DNA from: a bacterium
Lineage (GTDB): Bacteria; Oederibacteriota; PGYV01; Palsa-1178
Assembly (NCBI GenBank): GCA_037138355.1
Contig: JBAXIL010000020.1
Span: 1 to 29,407, forward strand
DNA: 29,407 nt
Direction: 5' to 3'
Positions 14,582-23,648 of the stretch are shown here, one piece after another. Every line of letters begins with the position of its first letter. Position 1 is the first letter of the stretch. Below the pieces are notes generated by a model. That model was not told where the DNA came from, did no database searches, and worked only from the letters and a program-made list of their open reading frames with translations. A program made the translations under genes and the position numbers.

Positions 14582-16348
14582 TTGAATAAACAGTATATTT
14601 TTGTATGGGAACCAGAAACGCAAAAAGACAGGCCTGTATACAACAAAATCGTTAAACTTGTTAATGAAAAGACTCTTACAGATAGATTTGAAGTCATCAG
14701 GAGTCCATTTATTGGTTTTACAACTAATGGACCAATAGTTAGAATCATGCCTGAAAATGTTATCTATACAAAGTTTAAAGTAGAAGATGTAGAAGATATT
14801 ATTGATGCGCACTTGAAGTGGACAAGGGTAGAAAAGTTTGTTTTAACTTATGATAATAAAAATCTTCCTGTACAGGAAAAAGATACAACCAGCAAACAAT
14901 TTAAAATAGTTTTAAGAAACATTGGTTACATGGACCCAGAATCTATTGATGAATATATTTTGAGAGGCGGTTATAAAGCTCTCGAAAAAACATTGTTTGA
15001 TTTAAATCCTGATAAAGTTATTACCGAGATGAAAGCATCTGGCTTAAGAGGCAGGGGCGGAGCAGGATTTCCAACTGGTTTGAAGTGGGAGCTTACAAAA
15101 AAAGAACCAGGACCACAAAAATATGTAATATGCAATGCTGACGAAGGCGATCCAGGGGCATATATGGATCGAAGTGTTCTTGAAGGCGATCCTCATTCTG
15201 TTCTTGAAGGCATGATAATCGGTGGTTTTACAATCGGGGCAAATCAAGGTTACATATATATAAGGGCAGAGTATCCGCTGGCTATTGAAAGACTCGAGAA
15301 AGCAATCAGTGCTGCAAAAGAAAAAGGACTGCTTGGTCAAAACATATTAGGAACTGATTTTTCATTTGACATTGAACTGCGTTGGGGAGCAGGAGCATTT
15401 GTTTGCGGAGAAGAAACAGCTCTTATTGCTTCTATAGAAGGAAAAAGAGGAAATCCGCGGCCGCGTCCACCATTTCCATCTGTTTCAGGACTATGGGGTA
15501 AACCCACTTTTATCAATAATGTAGAAACTTGGGCAAATGTGCCTGTGATTATAGAAAAAGGCGGAGCATGGTTTGCTTCTATTGGTACTGAAAAATCAAA
15601 AGGTACTAAAGTTTTTGCTGTAACTGGCAAAGTCACAAATCCAGGACTCGTGGAAGTCCCTATGGGCACTACTATAAGGGAGATAGTCTATGATATTTGT
15701 GGTGGAATACAATATAATAAGAAATTTAAGGCAGTTCAGACAGGCGGTCCGTCAGGTGGAGTTATCCCTGAAAAGTTTTTGGACATGCCGATTGATTACG
15801 AATCACTTCAATCTATTGGCTCTATCATGGGCTCAGGCGGCCTGATAGTAATGGACGAGGACGATTGCATGGTAGATGTAAATAAGTTTTATCTGCAGTT
15901 TTCAGTGGATGAATCTTGTGGAAAATGCTCGCCTTGTAGAATTGGCGGAATTCAGATACTTTCACTATTAAATAAAATAACCAAAGGTAATGGAGAGAAA
16001 GAAGATCTTGATAAAATCAAATCCATATCTTTGGCTATGCAAAAAGCCTCTCTTTGTGCACTCGGTCAGACCACTCCAAATCCTGTAACTTCTGCTTTAT
16101 TGTATTTTGAAGATGAATATATGAGGCATATAGAAAATAAAAAGTGTTTAACAGGAAAATGTCGCGACCTCGTGGAGTATGTTGTTATTACAGATAAATG
16201 TATTGGTTGCGGACTTTGTGCAGTTAGATGTCCTGTAAAATGTATAACAGGTGAGAAGAGAAAACCGTATATCATAGATCAAAAGGCCTGCATAAAATGC
16301 GGCGAATGCTACACCGTCTGCAAATTTGCTGCAGTCAAGAGAGGTTAA
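14582..16348 (+). CDS. hydB: [FeFe]-hydrogenase beta subunit (NuoF/HndC-like) with C-terminal 2x[4Fe-4S]
   Basis: LRGRGGAGFP, NADEGDPGAYMDR, GGPSGG, ESCGKCSPCRIG, H-x5-C-x4-C, CIGCGLCAVRCP and CIKCGECYTVC. TTG start with SD AGGAG. Confidence 0.94.
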   Translation: MNKQYIFVWEPETQKDRPVYNKIVKLVNEKTLTDRFEVIRSPFIGFTTNGPIVRIMPENVIYTKFKVEDVEDIIDAHLKWTRVEKFVLTYDNKNLPVQEKDTTSKQFKIVLRNIGYMDPESIDEYILRGGYKALEKTLFDLNPDKVITEMKASGLRGRGGAGFPTGLKWELTKKEPGPQKYVICNADEGDPGAYMDRSVLEGDPHSVLEGMIIGGFTIGANQGYIYIRAEYPLAIERLEKAISAAKEKGLLGQNILGTDFSFDIELRWGAGAFVCGEETALIASIEGKRGNPRPRPPFPSVSGLWGKPTFINNVETWANVPVIIEKGGAWFASIGTEKSKGTKVFAVTGKVTNPGLVEVPMGTTIREIVYDICGGIQYNKKFKAVQTGGPSGGVIPEKFLDMPIDYESLQSIGSIMGSGGLIVMDEDDCMVDVNKFYLQFSVDESCGKCSPCRIGGIQILSLLNKITKGNGEKEDLDKIKSISLAMQKASLCALGQTTPNPVTSALLYFEDEYMRHIENKKCLTGKCRDLVEYVVITDKCIGCGLCAVRCPVKCITGEKRKPYIIDQKACIKCGECYTVCKFAAVKRG

Positions 16349-16350
16349 TC

Positions 16351-18123
16351 ATGTATATAGAAAAAGTAACCGGAAAAATGATAGAAATAAAAATAAATGG
16401 AAAAGTTTTTAAAGCTGACAATGGGATGACCATAATTGAAGCGGCAAAACTCGCACATGTAAAAATACCTACACTTTGTAAACATGATGATTTACCTGCG
16501 ACAGCATCTTGTGGTATTTGCGTAGTTAAGATAAAGGGCAACAGAAAACTTCTGCGTGCCTGCTGTACATATATTGAACCAAATATGGAAATCACCACAC
16601 ATGATGGTGAATTATATGAGGTAAGAAAAAATGTGCTTGATTTGATTTTATCTTCTCATCCTTTTGCTTGTTTAACTTGCTTAAGAAATGGAGATTGCGA
16701 GTTGCAGACTCTATCAGAAGAGTTTGGAATAAGATCGAGACCATATAAAGAAATGCTACAGCCAGGACCTAAAGATGCTTCAACACAGGCAATAGTTTTA
16801 GACCCTGTTAAATGTATTCATTGTGGTCGTTGTGTAGAGGTTTGTCAAAACATACAGAAAGTTTATGCGCTTGAGTTTGTAAGTCGCGGTTTTGAGTCCC
16901 GCATTGCACCAGCAGGAGATATATCAATGGCTGACAGCCCTTGTATTAAGTGCGGACAGTGTTCGGCACATTGCCCAGTAGGGGCTTTGGTTGAGTTTAG
17001 TGAAATTCCTAAGGTTTGGGCAGCACTTGGAAACCCTGAAGTATTTCCCATAGTCCAGTTAGCTCCAGCAGTAAGAGTTGCTATAGGAGAGGCCTTTGGT
17101 TTACCTGCAGGAACTATATTAACAAAAAAAATATATGCTTTGTTTAGGCGACTTGGATTCAAGGCTATATTTGACACAAATTTTGGTGCAGATTTAACTA
17201 TTATGGAAGAAGGTTCAGAATTAATAAACAGGATTACTACTGGAAAAGGAGCTATGCCGCTTATTACGAGTTGTTGTCCGGCTTGGGTTGACTTTCTTGA
17301 AAAGTATTATCCTGATTTAATAGAACATTTTTCTACTGCAAAATCGCCACATGAAATGGTGGGTGCTTTGGCAAAGACTTATTATGCTGAAAAAGAAAAA
17401 ATAAATCCTGCGAGCATGTTTGTGGTGTCAGTCATGCCATGTACTGCAAAAAAATATGAAGTTTCAAGAACAGCAGATATGAGCTCATCTGGTTTTCAAG
17501 ATGTGGATGTGTCTATCACTACAAGAGAACTTGTCAGAATGATAAAATCAAGCGGTATTCAACTTCTTGATTTAGAAGATGAAGAAGCAGATAACATACT
17601 TGGTTCATATACTGGAGCTGGAACTATTTTTGGAGCGACAGGTGGAGTCATGGAAGCTGCGATTAGAACTACTTATTTTCTGTTGACTGGAAAAAATCTT
17701 GATAAGCTTGATGTAGAAGTTGTTCGTGGTTTAAAAGGAGTTAAGACAGGTGAGATAGATGTGAATGGAAAGAAGATCCGTGTGGCTGTGGCACATGGTA
17801 CAGGAAATGTTCGTGCTGTTATGGATGAACTTCGTGCTGCTAAAAAAGCAGGCGGACCTATGCCATATGATTTTATTGAAGTTATGGCTTGTGAAGGTGG
17901 TTGTATCGCAGGTGGAGGACAGCCATATCAGGTAACTAATGCGATAAGAAAGAAAAGAACAGAAGGAATTTATGCTGATGACAAGAAATCAACATTAAGG
18001 TTATCGCATGAAAACCCAGATGTGAAGAAGTTGTACGAAGATTTCCTTGAGAAGCCTTTGTCACCAAAAGCCCATAAATTACTACATAATCACTATAAAC
18101 CAAGGCCTTTGTACTACAAATAG
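16351..18123 (+). CDS. hydA: Group A [FeFe]-hydrogenase catalytic subunit (HndD-like)
   Basis: P1 TSCCPAW, P2 MPCTAKKYE, P3 EVMACEGGCIAGGGQP and a full set of N-terminal Fe-S motifs. Start moved to ATG 16351 (SD GAGGT); ATG 16378 is an alternative. Confidence 0.96.
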   Translation: MYIEKVTGKMIEIKINGKVFKADNGMTIIEAAKLAHVKIPTLCKHDDLPATASCGICVVKIKGNRKLLRACCTYIEPNMEITTHDGELYEVRKNVLDLILSSHPFACLTCLRNGDCELQTLSEEFGIRSRPYKEMLQPGPKDASTQAIVLDPVKCIHCGRCVEVCQNIQKVYALEFVSRGFESRIAPAGDISMADSPCIKCGQCSAHCPVGALVEFSEIPKVWAALGNPEVFPIVQLAPAVRVAIGEAFGLPAGTILTKKIYALFRRLGFKAIFDTNFGADLTIMEEGSELINRITTGKGAMPLITSCCPAWVDFLEKYYPDLIEHFSTAKSPHEMVGALAKTYYAEKEKINPASMFVVSVMPCTAKKYEVSRTADMSSSGFQDVDVSITTRELVRMIKSSGIQLLDLEDEEADNILGSYTGAGTIFGATGGVMEAAIRTTYFLLTGKNLDKLDVEVVRGLKGVKTGEIDVNGKKIRVAVAHGTGNVRAVMDELRAAKKAGGPMPYDFIEVMACEGGCIAGGGQPYQVTNAIRKKRTEGIYADDKKSTLRLSHENPDVKKLYEDFLEKPLSPKAHKLLHNHYKPRPLYYK

Positions 18124-18138
18124 TCAGTTAAATTCATA

Positions 18139-18168
18139 ATTAGCCGGAAGGGAAACCTTCCGGTTAAT
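18139..18168 (+). terminator. Strong stem-loop after hydA2 (terminator or 3' stabiliser)
   Basis: ATTAGCCGGAAGG-GAAA-CCTTCCGGTTAAT, a 13-bp stem with a GNRA loop and no clear poly-U tail. Confidence 0.7.
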
Positions 18169-18198
18169 ATATGATATAGATAATAATACCTTTTTAGT

Positions 18199-18227
18199 TT
18201 GAAATAAAAATCAAAATAAGTTATTAT
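18199..18227 (+). promoter_or_regulatory. Possible sigma-70 promoter for the maturase genes
   Basis: TTGAAA-N17-TATTAT between the hairpin and hydG. Confidence 0.45.
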
Positions 18228-18272
18228 AGTTAAAATATCGAGTTTTACAATAACACAAAGGTTGTGATATAC

Positions 18273-19757
18273 ATGAATAAGGAAAAAGATTTACTTTGGA
18301 AAAAAGATAGGATAGCAAAGATAAATAAATATCTGGAAACAGAAAAAAGACAGGATTTTATTGATGATGATTATATAAACTCAATGATAAATAAAAAGTC
18401 CGTGGTTGATAAAGTTAAAATAGCAGAAATAATAGCAAAGTCAAAAACAATAAAAGGTTTAGCACCTGAAGAAGCCGCTTATTTAATAAATATAGAAGAT
18501 AAAAATGTGTGGGAAGACCTTTATGAAGCTGCACGATATGTAAAAAATGAAGTTTATGGAAATAGGATTGTTTTATTTGCCCCCATGTACTTATCAAATG
18601 AGTGCGTAAATGACTGTGTTTATTGTGGTTTTAGAGAAAGTAATGAAGCAATAAATCATAAAGTACTTTCTTATGAAGAAATTAAAGAAGAAGTTAAGGC
18701 ATTTACAAGTGTAGGGCATAAAAGAGTACTCGCTGTTTATGGAGAAGGTCCTGAGTCGGATGCAAAATATATTGCTGGCTCTATGAAAGCAATTTATGCT
18801 GCCAAATTTGGAAAAGATGAGATTCGGAGAGTAAATGTAAATGCCGCACCACAGTTTGTGGATGAATATAAACTTATTAAACAGGCTCAGATAGGAACCT
18901 ATCAAATATTTCAGGAAACATACAATAAAGAACGCTTCAAACAGCTTCACGGTAAGGATCATATTAAATCAATTTACAAATGGCGTCTATTTGCACTACA
19001 TCGCGCTCAGGAAGCCGGTATTTCAGATGTCGCTATAGGCGCGCTTTTTGGTATTTACGACTGGAAGTTTGAAGTCCTTGCGATGATGTATCACGCGGCT
19101 GATATGGACAGAGAGTTTGGCGTAGGAACGCATACTATTTCATTTCCACGCTTAGAACCAGCAATAAATACGCCATTTTATAACAATAACAAGTATAAGG
19201 TGACAGATGATGATATGCGTAAAATAGTCACTGTTTTAAGGCTTGCTGTGCCTTATACGGGTCTTATTTTAACAGCCAGAGAGACACCTGAGTTCAGACG
19301 CGAGCTAATACAGCTTGGAGTGTCGCAAACTGATGCAGGGACAAACATAGCAATAGGCGGTTATAAGCACGGACAGGAAAAAGTAAATAAGGTTATGGAA
19401 AAACAGCAGTTTGAAATAGCAGACAAGCGTTCGCTTGACGATTATATTTCAGAATTGATTGACTTTGGTTATATTCCTTCGTTTTGTACTGCTGATTACA
19501 GATGCGGTAGGGTAGGTTGCGACTTTATGGAACTTGCTAAGGCAGGAAAAATGAAAAAACTTTGCATACCAAATGCTGTTCTGACTTTTGCGGAATATTT
19601 GATTGATTATGCGTCACCAAATGTTAAAGAAAAAGGTGAAAAGCTACTTACCACATATTTGAATTTTGTTCGTGAGAACGCAACTCCAACTATGGCAAGA
19701 TTAGTTGAAGAATATTTGGAAAGAATCAGAAAAGGCGAGAGAGATTTGTATTTTTAA
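18273..19757 (+). CDS. hydG: [FeFe]-hydrogenase H-cluster radical SAM maturase HydG
   Basis: LFAPMYLSNECVNDCVYCGF, IRRVNVN, YQIFQETY, HTISFPRLEPA, YIPSFCTADYRCG and GERDLYF. GTG 18264 is an alternative start. Confidence 0.95.
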   Translation: MNKEKDLLWKKDRIAKINKYLETEKRQDFIDDDYINSMINKKSVVDKVKIAEIIAKSKTIKGLAPEEAAYLINIEDKNVWEDLYEAARYVKNEVYGNRIVLFAPMYLSNECVNDCVYCGFRESNEAINHKVLSYEEIKEEVKAFTSVGHKRVLAVYGEGPESDAKYIAGSMKAIYAAKFGKDEIRRVNVNAAPQFVDEYKLIKQAQIGTYQIFQETYNKERFKQLHGKDHIKSIYKWRLFALHRAQEAGISDVAIGALFGIYDWKFEVLAMMYHAADMDREFGVGTHTISFPRLEPAINTPFYNNNKYKVTDDDMRKIVTVLRLAVPYTGLILTARETPEFRRELIQLGVSQTDAGTNIAIGGYKHGQEKVNKVMEKQQFEIADKRSLDDYISELIDFGYIPSFCTADYRCGRVGCDFMELAKAGKMKKLCIPNAVLTFAEYLIDYASPNVKEKGEKLLTTYLNFVRENATPTMARLVEEYLERIRKGERDLYF

Positions 19758-19814
19758 GTTTTTTTGTTTAATAAATATTAAAAAACTCACAAACAATTCT
19801 TATCGGAGAACAAT

Positions 19815-21203
19815 ATGAGACAGGAAAAAGACTTTTTAGGCACAAAACAAATTCCTGACGATTGTTATTACGGTATAAATACCGCAAGAGCGCTCGAAAA
19901 CTTTGGAAACTCAGGCAAAACAGATAACTATTTCATAAAAGCTTATCTTCTTGTAAAAAAAGCATGTGCACTTACCAATAAAGACATTAACTCCATTGAT
20001 TCTGGCAAAGCAGATGCCATATTGTCTGCCATAGACGAAATGCTGGAGAAGGAACTTTACGCTGATATCGTGGTTAATCCCTTATCAGGTGGGGCAGGAA
20101 CCTCTATGAACATGAATATAAATGAAGTTATATCAAATAGAGCACTTGAAATGGCTGGTATGAATAAAGGCGAATATTCGTTTATAAGCCCATTAAATGA
20201 TGTAAATATGCATCAATCCACCAATGATACTTTTCCAACTGCACTAAAAGTCGCTATTTTATTTTATTTAAATGATTTGGAAACAGTTTTTACTGCTATG
20301 CAGGAAAGTTTACAAGTAAAAGAAAAAGAGTTCTCAAATATAGTAAAACTTGGACGCACAGAGATGCAGGATGCGCTTCCGATAACCGTTGGAATGCAGT
20401 TTTCTGCCTATGCTGAAGCCGTAGGAAGAGACAGATGGAGAGTATTTAAAAGTAGAGAAAGAATTAAAACAGTAAATCTTGGTGGTACTGCCATTGGTAC
20501 AGGATTTAATGCTCCGAAAGAATATATATTCAAGGCAACGGATAAACTAAAAGAACTAACAGGTCTAAATATATCAAGAGCAGAGAATCTTGTGGACGCT
20601 ACGCAGAATCTTGACTCAATAGTAGAGGTTTCAGGCATTATAAAAGCAGCAGCAGTTAATCTAATGAAAATATCTGAGGACTTTCGTATATTATCATCTG
20701 GACCTAAGGGTGGTTTGGGCGAGTTTATTCTACCTGCTATGCAAGAGGGCTCCACAATAATGCCTGGCAAAGTAAATCCTGTAATTCCTGAGTTCGTAAC
20801 ACAAGCTTGCTTGCAAGTTATGTCAAGTGATTTGACAATTTCTATGGCAGCAGCAATGGGAAACCTGGAACTCAATCAATTTTATCCTTTGGTCGCACAT
20901 TTAGTATTAAATAATTTAAAATTAGTAAAAGATGCGGCACAAGCACTGGATATTAAAGTTATAAAAGGTTTAAAACTAAATGAAGCTCAAATAAATAAAA
21001 ATTTAAGTGACTCGGTGGCGATTTTTACCTACCTGAGTCAATTTGTAGGGCATGACAGCGCTGCTTTGGCTTACGAAAAGCACAAAAAAACTGGTATGAC
21101 AGCAAAAGACATCTTTGTTGAAGATGGTCTCTTGACGGCTCAAAAATACGACGAATTAGTCAGACCTGACCGGCTGACGATGCTGGGTTTTAGGAAAGAT
21201 TGA
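19815..21203 (+). CDS. aspA: Aspartate ammonia-lyase (fumarase/aspartase superfamily)
   Basis: YYGINTARALENF, GGAGTSMNMNINEVISN, VNMHQSTNDTFPTA, KLGRTEMQDA, NLGGTAIGTG, GSTIMPGKVNPV. Confidence 0.9.
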   Translation: MRQEKDFLGTKQIPDDCYYGINTARALENFGNSGKTDNYFIKAYLLVKKACALTNKDINSIDSGKADAILSAIDEMLEKELYADIVVNPLSGGAGTSMNMNINEVISNRALEMAGMNKGEYSFISPLNDVNMHQSTNDTFPTALKVAILFYLNDLETVFTAMQESLQVKEKEFSNIVKLGRTEMQDALPITVGMQFSAYAEAVGRDRWRVFKSRERIKTVNLGGTAIGTGFNAPKEYIFKATDKLKELTGLNISRAENLVDATQNLDSIVEVSGIIKAAAVNLMKISEDFRILSSGPKGGLGEFILPAMQEGSTIMPGKVNPVIPEFVTQACLQVMSSDLTISMAAAMGNLELNQFYPLVAHLVLNNLKLVKDAAQALDIKVIKGLKLNEAQINKNLSDSVAIFTYLSQFVGHDSAALAYEKHKKTGMTAKDIFVEDGLLTAQKYDELVRPDRLTMLGFRKD

Positions 21204-21232
21204 GGGCATGAAGACAGATAAGGCAGATGAGA

Positions 21233-21319
21233 GCAGTTTTAAGTTTGGAGTTTAGAGTTTCAGGTGTTGATAGGCTATTCCTCCAAACTCTAAACTCTGA
21301 ACTTCAAACTCCAAACTGC
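21233..21319. repeat. Inverted arrays of 7-bp tandem repeats (AGTTTRG) forming a long imperfect hairpin
   Basis: Left arm GC-AGTTTTA-AGTTTGG-AGTTTAG-AGTTTCA. The right arm reverse-complements to GC-AGTTTGG-AGTTTGA-AGTTCAG-AGTTTAG-AGTTTGG-AG. Confidence 0.85.
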
Positions 21320-21345
21320 CCCTAATTTTACGAGGTGAAAAGACC

Positions 21346-22560
21346 GTGCAAGAGACTCCAGTTTCAAACAGACTACACATAGGGATTTTCGGCAGACGAA
21401 ACGCTGGCAAGTCATCGTTCATTAACGCCTTGACAGGACAAAATATTGCCATTGTGGATAAGTCCCCAGGAACTACGACTGACCCTGTTGGCAAGGCAAT
21501 GGAGATTGCTGGCTTAGGTCCTGTTTACATCTACGACACCGCGGGTATAGATGACGAAGGTGAGCTTGGAGACAAGCGAGTAGCCAAGAGCAGAGAGATA
21601 ATCCGACACATCAACCTTGCTGTCATAATTACCACTTTTGAGGGCTACAATTCTTATGATGAAGAGCTGATAAAAGAGCTAAAAGAAATGGGTAAAGAAT
21701 TAGTTGTTTTCTTTAACAAAACAGACATTGAAGTAATAGATGAACAAAAAGAAAATGAGTTAAACAAAAAGGGCATTACTTATTTTTCTTTAAGTTGTAC
21801 ATTAGGAAAAGGCATTGATAAAGCGAGAGACATATTAATACAAAAAGGGTCAAAGATTTCAATTGAAAATTCATCAATAATTGGTGACCTAATTAGTCCT
21901 GGAAATTTTGTGGTTTTGGTCGTGCCGATTGACCTTGGTGCGCCAAAAGGTAGATTGATTTTGCCTCAAGTTCAGGTCATAAGAGATTGCCTTGACAATG
22001 ATGCGGTGCCTCTAATTGTCAAGGACAGGGAGCTTCAGTTTGCGCTCCAAAACTTATCCACAAAACCATCCCTCGTGATTTGCGACTCTCAGGTTGTTCT
22101 CAAAACTGCCGGAGATGTTCCAGAGGACATAAAGTTATCCACATTTTCAATTCTGTTTTCAAGACAGAAGGGCGACCTTTCGGAGTTTGTTCGGGGAGCA
22201 AAAGCCATTGACCAGCTCCAAGATGGGGACAAGGTTTTGATACTTGAGGCATGCACCCACCATAGTCAAGCCGACGATATTGGTCGGGTTAAGATTCCAA
22301 GGTGGATTAGACAGTACACTGGCAAGAACATCGAGTTTGAGGTCAATGCCGGACCTTATGTCAGCCTAAATGTCAAAAATTACAAGCTTGCCATTGCTTG
22401 CGGCGGCTGTATGATAAATAAACAGGAAATGATGGCAAGAATTGCGGATTGCAAGAAAGCGGGCATCCCAATCACGAATTATGGTGTGGCAATCTCGTAT
22501 GTACAAGGAGTTTTGAAGAGAGTGATAGCACCTTTTCCGGAAGTTAATGGAATTTTATAG
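21346..22560 (+). CDS. hydF: [FeFe]-hydrogenase maturation GTPase HydF
   Basis: GRRNAGKSS, PGTTTDPV, DTAG, NKTD, APKGRLILPQVQ, EACTHH, CGGCM, NYG. GTG start with SD GAGGTG. Confidence 0.96.
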   Translation: MQETPVSNRLHIGIFGRRNAGKSSFINALTGQNIAIVDKSPGTTTDPVGKAMEIAGLGPVYIYDTAGIDDEGELGDKRVAKSREIIRHINLAVIITTFEGYNSYDEELIKELKEMGKELVVFFNKTDIEVIDEQKENELNKKGITYFSLSCTLGKGIDKARDILIQKGSKISIENSSIIGDLISPGNFVVLVVPIDLGAPKGRLILPQVQVIRDCLDNDAVPLIVKDRELQFALQNLSTKPSLVICDSQVVLKTAGDVPEDIKLSTFSILFSRQKGDLSEFVRGAKAIDQLQDGDKVLILEACTHHSQADDIGRVKIPRWIRQYTGKNIEFEVNAGPYVSLNVKNYKLAIACGGCMINKQEMMARIADCKKAGIPITNYGVAISYVQGVLKRVIAPFPEVNGIL

Positions 22561-22598
22561 TTTTTTAAAAAAAGTTTAGAAGAAATGGTGAAATAAAA

Positions 22599-23636
22599 AT
22601 GTTTTCAATTGAAAAAGCAATTAAAGATATCCAAAGTGGAGACATAAACAGAGAAGTTTTAACAAAACTACTTTCTGTCACTTCGAGAGAAGAGTTTAAA
22701 CCTGTTTTTGACGAGTCTGCTCGTTTGTGCAAGAAATATTTTGGTAACAAAGTCTACATTCGTGGAATTATAGAGTTTTCAAACTATTGTCGCAAGAGTT
22801 GTGAATACTGTGGCATTAATAAATCAAATAAAAAAGTCAAAAGATACAGAATGACGCTTGAAGAAATAATTGAAGCGGCAGTTTATATGAAAAAGTGCGG
22901 AGCAATGACTGTGGTTTTGCAGTCAGGAGAAGATCAGGGTTATGATAAGACCGTCCTTGAAGCGGTCAAGGTAATTCATAATGATTTAGACATGGCAATC
23001 ACGCTGTCGGTAGGTGAAAGAGAACCAGAAGTTTACAGGAAGTTTTATAAGGCGGGAGCAGACAGGTATTTATTGCGAATAGAAACAACTGATCCGTTAT
23101 TGTTTAAGCGGCTTCATACGGATGATAATTTAATATACAGAAAAAATTGTCTAAAAGTTTTAAAAAAAATAGGTTATGAAGTAGGAACAGGTATTATGGT
23201 AGGTCTTCCTGGTCAGTCAGTAGAGTCCATTGCGGATGATTTGATGTATTTCAAAGAATTGAATCCTGCCATGGTTGGCATAGGACCTTTTCTTGCTCAT
23301 CAGGATACTTCTTTAAGAAACCATAAAAATACAGATATATTTTTGACATTGAAAACTCTGGCATTAATACGACTCATATTGCCAAAATCAAACCTTCCAG
23401 CAACAACAGCGATGGGGACGATAGTTGCTGATGGCCGTCAGCAGGCATTAAAAATTGGGGCAAATGTAATTATGCCGAATTTTACTCCGTCAAAATATAG
23501 AGATAGCTATAAACTTTATGATAATAAAATTTGTATTTCTGAAGAGTATGGAAAATGTGCCAGTTGTACAACTGCAATTGCTATGGCGGTAGGTAAGAGA
23601 ATAGTTAAGAGCAAAGGTTATTCTAAGAACTCATAA
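22599..23636 (+). CDS. hydE: [FeFe]-hydrogenase radical SAM maturase HydE
   Basis: RGIIEFSNYCRKSCEYCG, TVVLQSGED, RYLLRIET, GIGPF, PATTAM, GANVIMPN, YKLYDNK; adjacent to hydF. Confidence 0.92.
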   Translation: MFSIEKAIKDIQSGDINREVLTKLLSVTSREEFKPVFDESARLCKKYFGNKVYIRGIIEFSNYCRKSCEYCGINKSNKKVKRYRMTLEEIIEAAVYMKKCGAMTVVLQSGEDQGYDKTVLEAVKVIHNDLDMAITLSVGEREPEVYRKFYKAGADRYLLRIETTDPLLFKRLHTDDNLIYRKNCLKVLKKIGYEVGTGIMVGLPGQSVESIADDLMYFKELNPAMVGIGPFLAHQDTSLRNHKNTDIFLTLKTLALIRLILPKSNLPATTAMGTIVADGRQQALKIGANVIMPNFTPSKYRDSYKLYDNKICISEEYGKCASCTTAIAMAVGKRIVKSKGYSKNS

Positions 23637-23648
23637 AAGGAGAAGCAA

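Noticed and set aside
5726..16348. Respiratory complex I (nuoEF) or glutamate synthase annotation
   Set aside because: No membrane Nuo subunits and no gltB are present, and both sets sit next to HydA with H-cluster motifs.
21204..21345. CRISPR array or small coding gene (ORF 21252-21494)
   Set aside because: The 7-bp units have no unique spacers, no cas genes are present, and the ORF is antisense to hydF.
22599..23636. Biotin synthase or PylB assignment
   Set aside because: HydE-type motifs and the position beside hydF and hydG favour HydE.
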